From Vicugna vicugna (Eukaryota), in the NCBI GenBank assembly GCA_013265495.1, contig MU057880.1, positions 1,642,527 to 1,706,526 on the forward strand: 64,000 bases of DNA. The letters are read 5' to 3'. Made by a program: the position numbers and the translations under genes. Below the pieces are notes generated by a model. That model did no database searches, had not been told where the DNA came from, and saw only the letters and a program-made list of their open reading frames with translations. Below, piece by piece: positions 14,139-25,942 of this stretch. Position 1 is the stretch's first letter; each line of letters starts with the position of its first letter.

Positions 14139-17100
14139 TCTGGAATATTTAAGTGACTTGTCTAAGACCAAACATTGTTGGGAATTAAGCCAAGTCCTTC
14201 TCATTCACATTCAGTCCAAAAGATAGTCTTATAAATTGGTTGACTGATTGAATAGAATACCCATTGGATAAAGCATTGTAAAATGTGAAGGTTTTTAAAG
14301 TTTTCCTTGATGCTTTTACTATGGCAGTGAGAAAGGTTCAGGTGGCCCATTTCCTGGGAAGACACCCTTTGCTACCATATGGGATATGGTCATTGCAATC
14401 CAAACACATGGGCTGAAGCTTCATCAACAGTAAAAATCTGCTCTTCATTTGTAAAATGAAATACTTGAGAGTCAAGTGGATTCAAACATACAGGCTTTTA
14501 AGAGTGGGGAAAAAATCTATTTCTTTGCCAAGGAACTAATAAAGCTAAGCTCATTAAAATTTCAGTAATGGAATCAAACTCTAGTTGTCCCGTATAATCA
14601 AACCCATAAACCAGGTGAAGTGATATTATGAAAATAATAATTGAATAAACTGTGTAATGAATAAGAGATCTGTTCTTGAGGTTTTCCTACAGGTTTACAA
14701 CAACACTTTAATTGAACATTTTCGCTTTTGTAGTTTACCATGGTCAGTCTGCGAGGTGGCTGTTTTATTCTGCTTTGCTTCTGGCTGAGTGTGAAAAGGA
14801 AAGGAAGTTTGTGGGGGAGAGAGCTTTTATTTCTATAGAGATGTTGGCAAAAATAGAAAGCGGGGGACAGAAAATTACTAGGTAGGTACTGTACATCCTG
14901 TTTGTGAAAAAGTTCTCTTTTTCAGATGAATGTCAATAGGAATTCTTTTCATTCCCCTTAATTTTCTAGCACACAGTCTCAATATATTCTGACATTTATT
15001 TTAACAAAAGAAATGTTAAAGGGATCAGAGTTTTATATAAAATCCTTCTATGTACGAATTCCTCTAGATACTGTGTTTCTTTGTTTTGCTTAAAGTACAC
15101 TTCTTCTTGTTGGCATCCATCCTTGCTCTACTTTGCATGATTTCTCTTGTTTGGGGCCATACGAGTCACTGAAAAGAGATAGTGACTTGTCTGTTTTTCT
15201 AATACACATCATTCTTTTAGGTGACTAACTCCATTTGATGCTGCATTCATTTCTTAATAAAATAACCTTTGAGAAAGATATAAAATTAACATGCAAAAGT
15301 CCACAGCCTTCACATAAAAACTGGTAAGAAGATACAATAGAAGAGACAATCTTGTTTAAAAGGCAACAAAAATATAAAATGATTCATAACCATCTTTAAC
15401 AAGAGCTGTTCAAAACCACTTCCATTTACAGAAAGGAACTTTACACTTACAGAAAAGTTGTAAAAAATAATGCACTTATGTTTCCCCAAGCCTCTCCAGA
15501 TGTTAATATATTGCCTGATGATACAATAATCAGAACCAGGAAATTGATGTTGGTATAATATCATTAGTAGAAGACTTGAGTCAAATCTCACCAGATCTTT
15601 CACTGAGGTCCTTCTGTATTTCCAGGTCCTACTCAGGTTGCCTTTAGTCTCTTCTTCCCCTTCGCCTCCTGCAGGCTGATACAGTTCCCAAGTCCTTCTT
15701 GTGTTTCACAGTCTTGATACTTTCAAAGAGTGTTGGTCATCTGTTTCGCTGAACATGCCTCATTTGAGGTTTGTCTCTCGTTTTCTCATGATTGGGGGAG
15801 ATACATTTTTGACAAGAGTAGATAGCAATGGCATTGTGCCCTCAGTGGCTCACATTTTCAGGTTCACTATATTCTCTTATTTTTGATGTGTTTCACCTTG
15901 ATCACTTGGCATCCCCCACTGTCAAGTTTCTGCCAGCTCTTTTTCCCTGTAAAGATTTATCTTTTCCCTTGAATTTAATGACTATCTTGGAGGAGATCGT
16001 TGTTCTCAAATGTTCTCTCACTGGTTCTAGCACCTTATAAATGGTGTTGGGCAACCCTATAAACATCTGAAAAGATACAAAAATTGAGAAAAAAAATACC
16101 AAAAATCCTTAGAAAAATGGACACAAAGCCTGAATGAACAACTCACATCAAAGTATTAACAATGTCCTAACTTCAAGCAAATTAAGAGAAACGAAAATTA
16201 AATCTTCTCTAATGTATCATTTCTTTCCCATCATATTGACAAAAAAAGTTAAATCTTAATAATACACTCTGTTGATGAGACTCTGGGGAAATAGTCACTT
16301 TCAGTCACTGGTGGTGAAAAATTCAAGGTGTTGCCGTACCTGAGTCACAGTCACATCCCACAGGAGCAATAAGGTAGACTGAGGCAATTATTTGCAGGAG
16401 TCCTTATTAAGTATAAAAATGAGGATAATGAAGTGCAAAAGACTTATAGTATGCTGCACATTATGTGAAGAAAAAAGAGAAATAGAAACAAACTGAAATG
16501 CATTTATCTGTATTTAAGAAGCATTGGGAGGATAAATACCAAAACAATAAAAATGATCACTTTCAGAGGATTCTGGGAACAGTAAAGTCAAGGTATGAGA
16601 GAGGAAGTGGTCCCACTTTGGGCATACTTTGTTGTAGAAAAAATGCTAGGTATCTTTAATATTATAAAATTTTATACTTCACAGTTGTTCTTTAACATTT
16701 TGACAGTTGGAAGAATGTTTATATTCTACAGATTGAAAACACAATAAACCATGAAGGGTGTGAGGAAAATGACTAAGACAAACAAATAAAACATACAGCA
16801 TTTCATAAGCTAGAGAAGCATAAATAGCTAATAGAAGTAACTTTTAAAACAATATTTTCACTAAATACTCTGAGTCTAGGGAGAAAAATGAAACAGAACG
16901 GCAAACAAAGCAAGGACTCTTTTTCATAGGTTGGTTTTACATAGCAATATGAAAGTAGCAGCTCTGAATCTATTTTATGTGTGTTGTGACATTAGGCAAA
17001 TAAATAAATGGAGTGATATTTGGGGGAACCAGAGATTTCCCTAGATTAAAAAAAAGGAAATGTGAAGAAAAAAAGCAACTGAAGAGCAAACATTTGGAAT

Positions 17101-17709
17101 GAAATTGGGAGAGTCAGCATGAACTCATGATTTCTAGTATGATAAACACATATTTCTAATTCTCCCTCTGTACAGAGAAATGCAGAGTGTTAAAGATAAA
17201 ACAAACAAACAAACAAAGAGCCCCCAAACAACAAAGCTAAGAGTGAAAACAGCAATCTGTTGTCTCTCTGCTGCCATTACCAGATCTTTGACTAAGTCAC
17301 TAGCATTGCAGAGCCTTATTTTTATCATCTGCAAAACCACAGGTCACACATCTTTGAAAACATGTGGTGGGCATTCCAACGCAGAAACATGTAAAGGTGA
17401 TCTTTCTTAGAGACGTTAAGACCATTACTATTATAAAATGAAGAGATCACATTAAAGGGAGGCTGCATCTCTTCCAGAACTTCTACTGGAATGTGCAGGC
17501 TCTGGCCTCTGGCCCCTCTGCGAATATGCTGTGGGGCGGCCAGTCCTGGATCACCTCCGGCACCAGTGAAACCCACCATAACTGATAGCGTAGCTGTGTA
17601 CTGAGCAAAACCTCACCATTCTCACTGTGGGATGGTTACACATGCAACCTTGGGGAAGTCCATGCCAGTTTAAAAATCACATGTTTTAATTACTTACCTG
17701 CTGTCTTCT

Positions 17710-18193
17710 TGTTATGGACTGAATGTTTGTGTCCTTTCAAAAGTCGTATGTTGAACCCCTGACTCCCAGGCTGATGGTGTTAGAAGGTGGACCTCTGGGA
17801 GATACTCAGACATCAGTGAGGTCATGAGGGTGAGGTCTTCATGATGGGATCAGTGCTCTTACAGGAAAAGATCAGGGAGTCTGCACTCTGCCTGTGAGGG
17901 TATTATCTGCAAGCCAAGTGGAGGACCCTCAGCACAATGCAACCATGCCAGCATCCTGATCTCAACTCCCCAGCCTCCAGAAGGGTGAGAAATTTCTCTT
18001 CTTAGAATATGGAAACAAATATATGTATGCTCATGTATGACTGAAACGTGACACTGTACAGCAGAAGTTGACACAACATTGTAAACTGACTAAACTTCAA
18101 TAAAAAATATATATACATTTATACACTAAAACATTTCTGTGGTTTAAGCCACCTAGTCTATGGTTTTTATAGCAGCCTGAGCTGACTGAAACA
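17710..18193 (+). mobile_element. MLT1A-like MaLR LTR interrupted by a short L1 tail (~18000-18125)
   Basis: tgttatggactgaatgtttgtgtcc...gtttaagccacctagtctatggtttttatagcagcctgagctgactgaaaca. Confidence 0.85.
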
Positions 18194-19043
18194 CTTACTA
18201 AAGAATTCAAATAGCATCTTTTATCTGCATTTTTAATAAACTTGAAATAATGTCTTAAACATATTATTTGCACTTTATAAAATCCTATCTGGATGACTTT
18301 TTGGAAAGGATAAACCATATAATATATACACTGTGTGCAATTTTTCAACCAATAGTTTCTTTTTAAATGATCCCTTTTTATATTCCCAAAGGCACAACTG
18401 AGTATTGAATAAAATACCACATTGAATATTGAATTGAATATAACTTCTTCCATTATATAAGTCAAAAATAGTGAAATCACTTGACAAATTAATATCACTC
18501 AAGAAATCTTACAATCTCTTAAGTCAAAGGATTTTGCATGTAAATGAAATTGGTTCTCTTTAAAATGATGATGTCTGTTGGAGCCCACACCTATAAAATA
18601 TTGATACATTTCTTCCTCCAAAAAAAGGGACTATGCTAATATTCCAGAAAGCGACCAAAGGCCACTGCTCCAGATCTCCTGTGGCTTTGGAAACACGAGT
18701 CCTCAGCCAGTGTTTTAGCAAAGCGTCTTCTCGGTGCTGCGTCAGATCAGCCACTTGGGAAATACTGTGATGACTGGGAGAGGCACCATATAACCTCAAG
18801 GGGAGAAAGGGCAATTCCACTTTATTATCATAATTCTCCCAGTATGGAAGTGTAAATGTTTTATCTTTTAATTTCTTTGTACTGAAGATGCCAGCTATAG
18901 TTAAGATTGAGGCTAGAGATTTTTAGTGGAAGTACAGAGATGGGTGTGTATATGTGTGTGTCTGTGTGGGTGGTTCTCAGACTAAATGCGTTACATTGAC
19001 AATAAATCATAATTTCAAACCATGTAGAATAATAACATTAATT

Positions 19044-19894
19044 GGCAGTGCTCTGGGCAGTCCCAGGGATGTGTGTCCTGCTTACACAGGTGTTCCGATG
19101 GAACAGACCCGGGAACCCCCGATCCAGCCTCCCACCACCTTCCAGCCATTTTTCCAGTTGCAACCTTCAGAACCAGCCACTCTGCAACCCTCGGTCTCTG
19201 GAACCAGCCAAGACCATCCTTCGAGCTTTGCTTCTTGTTACGGATCAACCTTGAGCCCCCAGATTGGTCAGAATTACTCCACCAGGTGGAGGCTGCCCTC
19301 ACCTGCCCTGTCACCCTGCACCTGTGGGCCCCCTCCACTTACCTCTCTCTGGGCTCCTATTTCCCCCACGACCAGGCAGCTCTGGAGGCCGTGGGCCACT
19401 GCGCCTCAAATTGGCCAAGGAGAAATGCAAGGGCCAAGAGTATCTCTTGAAGATGCAAAGCCAGCGGGCAGCCTCACCCTCTTGCAGAATGAGAAGCCAC
19501 CCCAAGAGGAGCAGGGTGAAACCCAGGATGCTGCGGAAGCACCAGGGTCCTGGGGAAGAACCTGAACCTTTCGGGTCCGTCTGCCCTGGGCTCTGCCTGC
19601 AGACCCCTCCTCCGTGACTTCCTGGAGATGCACCTCCTGGAGGCGCAGGTGAGACTCATCCAGAAGACGGGCGGTGGACCACCTGGCCCTCCTGTGCAGG
19701 TGGGCTGGTCCCCGGGGGCTGGGCTGGTGTCCCTCCCGAAGGCTCAATCCCAAGCATGACTCAGGGGCTCTGGAGGCCAGCGGCCTTGGGGGGGCCCGCT
19801 GGTGTCAGGGCTTCTGCCTGAAGCTTTTCAACCATCTTGGAGCCCTCTCTCCAGCCTTGGACCAAATGGAAACAATAAAGATTTTTGCAACAAA
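19044..19894 (+). pseudogene. FTL: Processed ferritin light chain pseudogene (5'UTR + CDS + 3'UTR, intronless)
   Basis: Pieces in different frames match FTL: LSPQIGQNYST (MSSQIRQNYST; ATG->TTG at 19251), VEAALTCPVTLHLWAPSTYLSLGSYFPHDQAALEAVGH, LAKEKCKGQEYLLKMQSQR, EKPPQEEQGETQDAAEA, DFLEMHLLEAQVRLIQK, KHD near 19752-19760. The 3'UTR gccttggaccaaatggaa is followed by AATAAA (19874-19879) and a short A tail. Imperfect TSD aataacattaatt (19031-19043) / aataattaatt (19895-19905). No introns, several frameshifts. Confidence 0.96.
19071..19107 (+). promoter_or_regulatory. Decayed iron-responsive element (IRE) of the FTL retrocopy
   Basis: gtgtgtcctgcttacacaggtgttccgatggaacaga aligns to the FTL IRE (TGCTTCAA-CAGTGT-TTGGACGGAACAGA). 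The loop has an extra G and the upper stem is broken, so it is probably non-functional. Confidence 0.75.
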
Positions 19895-20029
19895 AATAAT
19901 TAATTCTACATTTTCTTGATTATAATACTGCTGCTGGATAAACAAATGGAGTAAATAAACATTTATTTCATGATATCCATTTGCAGTGAGCTAAGAATAT
20001 TCGAATATGTGTGATTGTATTTGTCTTAT

Positions 20030-20553
20030 TGTTATCAAGTCCAAACTCACTCTTCTCGCCCCATGACAGGCCAATAAACTGGGAGACAAGGTGTTGGGAC
20101 AAGGAATAACGACTTTATTGGGAAAGCCAGCAGACCAAACAGATGTCTGACTAATGTCCTGGAGAACCATCTCCCCCAAGTCAGAATTCTGGCTCATTTT
20201 ATACTTGAAAAAAAAAAAGAGAAGATGTGCTTGGTTGTTGCAAGCTTCTTGGTGTCAGAATCCTTTGTTCTTGCAGCTGTCCACGTGGGTTAAGTCATGG
20301 TGTCCCTGTAAACCTCCAACAAGACAAACGTTATTTTCTATTCTGCAAATTGTTATTTCTATGTGAATGGGAAAGTGTTACATCCTTAAAGATCAAAGCC
20401 CTGAGGATGGGCTGTCCTGTCTATGTCAGGCTCCAGGCAACATTCTTTTACAAAAGGTGCAGACCCGGCATGACTTGAGCCCAGGAAACAGCAGAGAGTT
20501 AGAGCCAAAGGAACAGGTCTGATATCGAGCCAGGTTTGCCCTTTTCTATTAAA
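20030..20553 (-). mobile_element. Solo LTR, family A, copy 2
   Basis: Homologous to the other copies. Minus-strand TATAAAA and AATAAA. Near 4-bp TSD ttat/gtat. Confidence 0.88.
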
Positions 20554-21401
20554 GTATGAAGTACTAATAAAGAGGAATGTCTCTTAAAAGTATTTGTATT
20601 TGGCCATACAGTGATTTAGAGAATTTCTCTGACGTCTAATGCTCTGTTCCTTTTTTAATCTCAAGTTCAGAGACGTTCCCCGTTTCACACAGTGCATATG
20701 GCCAGGGAAAACGGTGTGGCCGTGAAGGACGAGAGAGCCTTGTTTTCTGGAGAGTGAGGCTCTGAACTAGAACCATCAGAAGAAAAGTGGAAACATGAGG
20801 CTGAAAGAGGGAATTTAGAGAAAAAAAGGCAGCGGGGCTACATGGATCGTTTTAAAGAGATTCTCTTTGACTGCATTTCCAGGAGAGTTAGAGCTGAAAA
20901 TTAGGTCCAGAATCTTCCATTTCATGTCCTCTTTAAAAAGGAGTGCCTAATCCAATGTCATAAAGACTGCTTCCAGTTTTTATTTTCTCTAGCAGCCTTC
21001 GTGTTTTACATTTGGGTCTCTGATCTATATAAAATTAAGGTGGTGAGAGTTAGGGGCTCTGATTCATTTTTGTTCATACGGGTTTCCTGGTTGACTAGTA
21101 CCATTTCTGTAAGAGATCATCAAATCTCTACTGCACTGGAGCGAGTGCTTTATTTATGTTTTTTGAACGTGAGGAGAAAAGGAAGCACAGCAAGGTCCTT
21201 TGGCTGTCAAAGCCACAGTTTCCACCCCTGACTGATTTCTGGGGTACTATCTGTATTACCTCAAAAACATAAGTGGATTTGTTAAGCACGTAACTAAATC
21301 AGTGAGGAGGCTCTAGATACAAGAAATTTTCCAAATGAAATGCAAAGTGTCTCTGACAACTTGTTTCTGCCACAGAATGGAAACATGTCTTAGAATAGGG
21401 G

Positions 21402-21421
21402 GTGTGTGTGTGTGTGTGTGT
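21402..21421. repeat. (TG)n microsatellite
   Basis: Directly visible. Confidence 0.9.
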
Positions 21422-21609
21422 CCATGAAGATACTGGGAATAAGACTTTCAAGATAGCCTGGGGAGGTTGTCTTGAGGTTTAAGTGTCATTTCAGTAGTAA
21501 ATGTTTTATAGAAGTAGAGAACATTGCCTTAGATGATGACAAAGTAATAGTAGGGGTAAGATATATCTTATGATGAATTGTCCACAGTGGATACAAAAAC
21601 GTTAAAGTT

Positions 21610-22525
21610 CTTTCTTTGTTTTTTAATTTGCCTTTTCTGTTTCTTTTTTATTGAAGTATAGTTAATTTTACAATTTTGTGTTTGTTTCAGGTGTACAGCA
21701 TACTGATTAAGTTATATATATTATTTTCATATTCTTTTTCATTATAGGTTATTACAAGATACCAAATAAATTTCCTTGTAGGGGAACTATACAGTATGTC
21801 CTTATTGTTTATCTATTTTATATACAGTAGTGTGTATGCACAATCTCAAACTCCTAATTTATCACTTTCCCCTTTGGTGACTGTAAGTTTGTTTTCTATG
21901 TCTGTGAGTCTGTTTTTGTTTTGCAAATAAATTCACTTGTATTATTTTTTAGATTCTGCATATAAGTGATATTATATGATATTTGTCTTTCTCCATCTGA
22001 CTTACTTCACTTAGTATGATCATCTCTAGGCCCATCCAAGTTGCTGGAAGTGGCATTATTTCATTCTTTTTTATGGCTGAGTAGTATTCCTTTATTTATA
22101 TATATATTTATATATATATATATGTATATCCCCCACATCTTCTTTATCTAATCATCTGCCGATGGACATATAGGTTGTTTCCATGTCTTGGCTACTGTAT
22201 ATAGTGCTGCTATGAACATTGGGGTGCGTGTGTTTTTTCAAATTAGAGTTCTTTCCAGATATATGCCCAGGAGTGGGATTGCTAGATCATACGGTAAGTC
22301 CATTTTTAGTTTTTTAAGGAATCTCCATACTGTTTTTCATAGTGGCTGCACCAAACTACATTCCCACCAGCGGGGTAAGAGTGTTCCCTTTTCTCCACAC
22401 CCTCTCCAGTGTTTATGGTTTGTGGACTTTCTAATGATGGCTGTTCTGAGCAGTGTGAAGTGATACCTCATTGTAGTTTTGATTTGCATTTCTCTTATAA
22501 TTAGAGACACTGAGCATCTTTTCAT
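21610..22525 (-). mobile_element. L1 ORF2 C-terminus + 3'UTR
   Basis: Minus-strand [48 protein letters not shown]...[10 protein letters not shown], with a T-rich tail at the left. Confidence 0.93.
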
Positions 22526-24204
22526 TAATATTCTTTCAGCTGCAGCACAAACACACAGAAAAGTAAAATCTAGTGAATACATCATTTTGTAACACAGCAA
22601 CAGTGTGGCACAAACTAGACAGAGTCTTTAACACCAAACTTTATGGAGATTACAAAATATTTGTTAAAAATGCTTGCATGTATGTTGAGCACCAACATTC
22701 ACTGGACATATTTGACTAACCGATACAATTTGAATAATAACAAGATTATCTTTAAAAAGCCCTGTCATTTCAATTCTTTGTGTTCTCATGCCAGCATTAT
22801 ATTGATGGGACTCTATACCCAGAGCGGCTCAGTAGAAGTACTCTGGCTTCCTCAGGGCTTGCTAATCTCCATCCCTGGCTTATTTCGTCCTTGTTTCAAT
22901 AACTAGAGCAATGTGTTTGGGGCATCTCTTAGTGCTTGCAGAATTTCATAGACTGCACTGAACTGACTTTTCAAAATTCACCACAAAACCCAGTTTTACA
23001 TTCATTGCTTTTTCCTATTTTTTATTTTCTATATTCTTCAGGAAATGTGGGACTCCTGTTTGATGTGTTAACCCCAAGAACCACACTGTCCATTTGTGTG
23101 TCATGATAGCATCTTTCTCTCTAGCTGAGGATCTGACTCTACACCCGGTGCCTGTGGCCGGATCGGCATTTTCTCTGCTGCAGTGATCAGAGGTAACATA
23201 GCACTCTCTCTCGGAAAGAATCCCCTCTGATTGGATTCTAGACTGAATGTACATTCCCTGGTGTACAGCTCAGCAGTGCTTTCTGTGTAACATCTTATTT
23301 GTTATGAGACAGATATTTGACATTAATTCATGTTTATTGGGCTGCAGAAAGATGTTTGCATTTAGAAGATGCATGCTTGGTTTTAACTTGCTTTTATATT
23401 TCCATAACTCCAATCTCAATAACTCTACTAACAGCAATAATGATTAAAGAATGTGTTCTTCATAACGTCTCCAACTGGATAACGTATTTCTGAGCTTTTA
23501 TATTATTAAGCCAATGCTCAGGGACAGTGATGATTATGTAGTAAGCTCACTTCAATGCTCTAGTTTTTTTTTTTTTTTTATTGTTGTATTTTCCAAAGAA
23601 CCCTAAGCACTAAAGTAGAAATGATCAGAGAGCCGCGGGTGTACTGAAGAAGTATATATAGTTCAGGACATCAGAGTTGCACCTACCCCGTGGACTCGTA
23701 AATGACACACTCAGGTAATGATGTTAACGGGAAAGGAAATGAGAGTGTCAGAGACAATATGATGGCAAATGGATGTCAGCTGCTGTCTAATACTAACGGG
23801 GACAATTAAAAAAGTAGAGATCAGTGCAGGGGAGAATAAACCTAAGTATTCCTAATAAAAATCCAATTAAAGGAGTACTTACTAGAGATAAAACACATTC
23901 AGTAGAAAGATAACTACATTTCCTGGACGTTCTGAAAAAAAAAAGTGATAATTGCTAATGCTTACAACTTGGGGCTGGTGGCTAGATGGACTCCCTGAAT
24001 AAACACAGAGAGAAAAATTAAGTACTGCCTTATATTAAGGAAGGGACCCAAAGCATGTTTTACCTTTCAAAGTACTTGGAATCCTGGTTTGGTCTCCTGG
24101 TAACTTCAGACAATATTGAGATTAACACAGAGCCAAGGGAAGAACAGAAAGTCATTCTCTGCACACCAGGACACTCAACGTTAGGACCACAAGAAAGGTA
24201 CTTT

Positions 24205-24671
24205 TGTAACCAAGCAGGACCCTGGGGGGCCTTCCAGGGACAGACCCCTCCCCATACCCTCTGCTGTGGCTCCTCTCTGAAGCACCCAGATCATAGCATC
24301 TCATGTCTATTTCCTGAGTGTTTCAGATGCTAAAAACCACCACCAAAGGGAAGAAATTAACTACTTGATGATGGAGAGCATGTGGTCCCCAGACCTGGTG
24401 CCTGGGGGTTGAGAGTGTTGACTGCCCTGTTACTGCAACATCAACCAATCAGAGGACTGTGCACCAGCCGACCACACCCCCTCCAGCCCCACCCCTCACT
24501 TGCTTTTAAATGGGCTTTGCTGTAACATTTCCAGGAGCTTGAGGTTTTCTTGGGCATGAGCCTCCTGGTCCTCCTTCCTGGGCCCTGCAGTAAACCTTTC
24601 TCTGCTCCAAACTCTGCCATTTCGGTTTGACCTTATGGTGTATCGGGCACAGGGACTTGCATTGGGTAACA
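24205..24671 (+). mobile_element. Solo LTR, second ERV1-like family
   Basis: TGTAACC...GGTAACA near-inverted termini, CCAAT motif, TATA-like ttttaaa, AGTAAA poly(A)-like signal, near TSD cttt/tttt. Confidence 0.8.
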
Positions 24672-25167
24672 TTTTATCTTTCTTTCTCTTTTTCCTTCAG
24701 AGTGATAAACTGTATTTGACATCTATCTGTACTTACAACTTAAAAAATCAGATTTGACTTTAGTTCCAATTGTCTAAAACCACGTATCTAGATCTTGCTG
24801 CATCTGAACGTGTTTAGACGTTTTGAAGGGAGTTAAAGAAAACTGAAAGGAAAGTTGTTTAGCTTGAGATCGCCTGAAAAAATGTGAGGGACATCTCAGT
24901 ATTTCTATAGAAGATAAAGAAATTTCCATTTCTAAGAGGAAAAAAAAGAAAGAGTCAGAAGAAGGAGGATTTCCAAGGGAATAACTGGGTTCAAAAATAA
25001 CAAATGAATGAGAAGAATGTTCTCTGAGAATGAAGTCCTGTCTGTGAAGGAGCATTTGTTAGTGACCAAAACCAGTCAACATCCTCTAGAGAGGTCCCGT
25101 TGCCAGAAGTCAGGCTTTCGCAGATTTGCCTCCAGGCGTAAGTGTTTTCATCTTGTGTGACTTTGTA

Positions 25168-25577
25168 CCCGTGTCCCCCGCTATCCAAAACTAAAGCATT
25201 TCTGTGAAACCTTTTGTGAACCAAAATGGTGTAAAGCAAAGTAGCGGTCACCTTCGGACACATCTCGCTAGCAGATACACGACGTCAATGGAGGTAAAGC
25301 TTAGGTGGCTTTGCTGATGCGGAGATGCTGAGTGTGGGTCTCGGGGACGGGGCTTGGCGGGGGCCCCTTCACAGCTGGGGGTGCGCGCTGCCTCTGTGAC
25401 GGCTTGGCTGGCCACAAAACAAACGCTGTCTCTCCACTTCTCACCTTGTTTTTTGGTTTTTTTTTTAATTGAAAATCTTCTTTGGATTTCTTTCCATTAG
25501 CAAAACAGGTATTAATGTAGGATTTTCATGAAAGCAAGGTGGTATAAAGCACACTTTGGAAAAGTGAAGGATACCTT
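25168..25577 (-). mobile_element. Tigger-type (Tc1/mariner) non-autonomous DNA transposon
   Basis: TA on both sides; degenerate TIRs gtgtcccccgctatccaaaa / tttggaaaagtgaaggatacc. Confidence 0.75.
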
Positions 25578-25618
25578 TATTTGGAAATATCAGGTGGTTT
25601 AATATGAGGTTATAGCTA

Positions 25619-25942
25619 TAAAAAGGAATAAAATAATGCCATTTGCAGGAACATGGATGGACCTGGAGACTGTCATTCTAAGTGAGGTAAGTCAGAAAGA
25701 GAAAGAAAAATAGGGTATCACTCAAATGTGGTATCTTAAAAAAAGGAAAAAAAAAAACAAGAGGACACTACTGAACTCATCTACAACAGAAACAGACTCA
25801 CAGACATGGTAAACAATCTTATGGTTCCCAGGGAAAGAGGATGTGAAGGGATACATTTGGGAGTTTGAGATTTGAAAATGTTAACCACTGTATATAAAAA
25901 TAGATTTTAAAAAAAACCAAATTTCTTCTGTATTAAAAAAAA
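25619..25942 (+). mobile_element. L1 fragment truncated at both ends, with TSD
   Basis: L1 3'UTR ending early in tattaaaaaaaa. TSD gaggttatagcta (25606-25618) / gaggttctagcta (25943-25955). Confidence 0.85.

Noticed and set aside
18954..19919. Cluster of overlapping long ORFs as a functional ferritin gene
   Set aside because: The ATG is lost, there are several frameshifts and no introns. The ORF density reflects GC-rich pseudogene sequence.
23124..25140. Scattered plus-strand exon-like blocks (about 23124-23191 and 24911-25057)
   Set aside because: They contain in-frame stops, give no consistent chain and match no recognisable protein.
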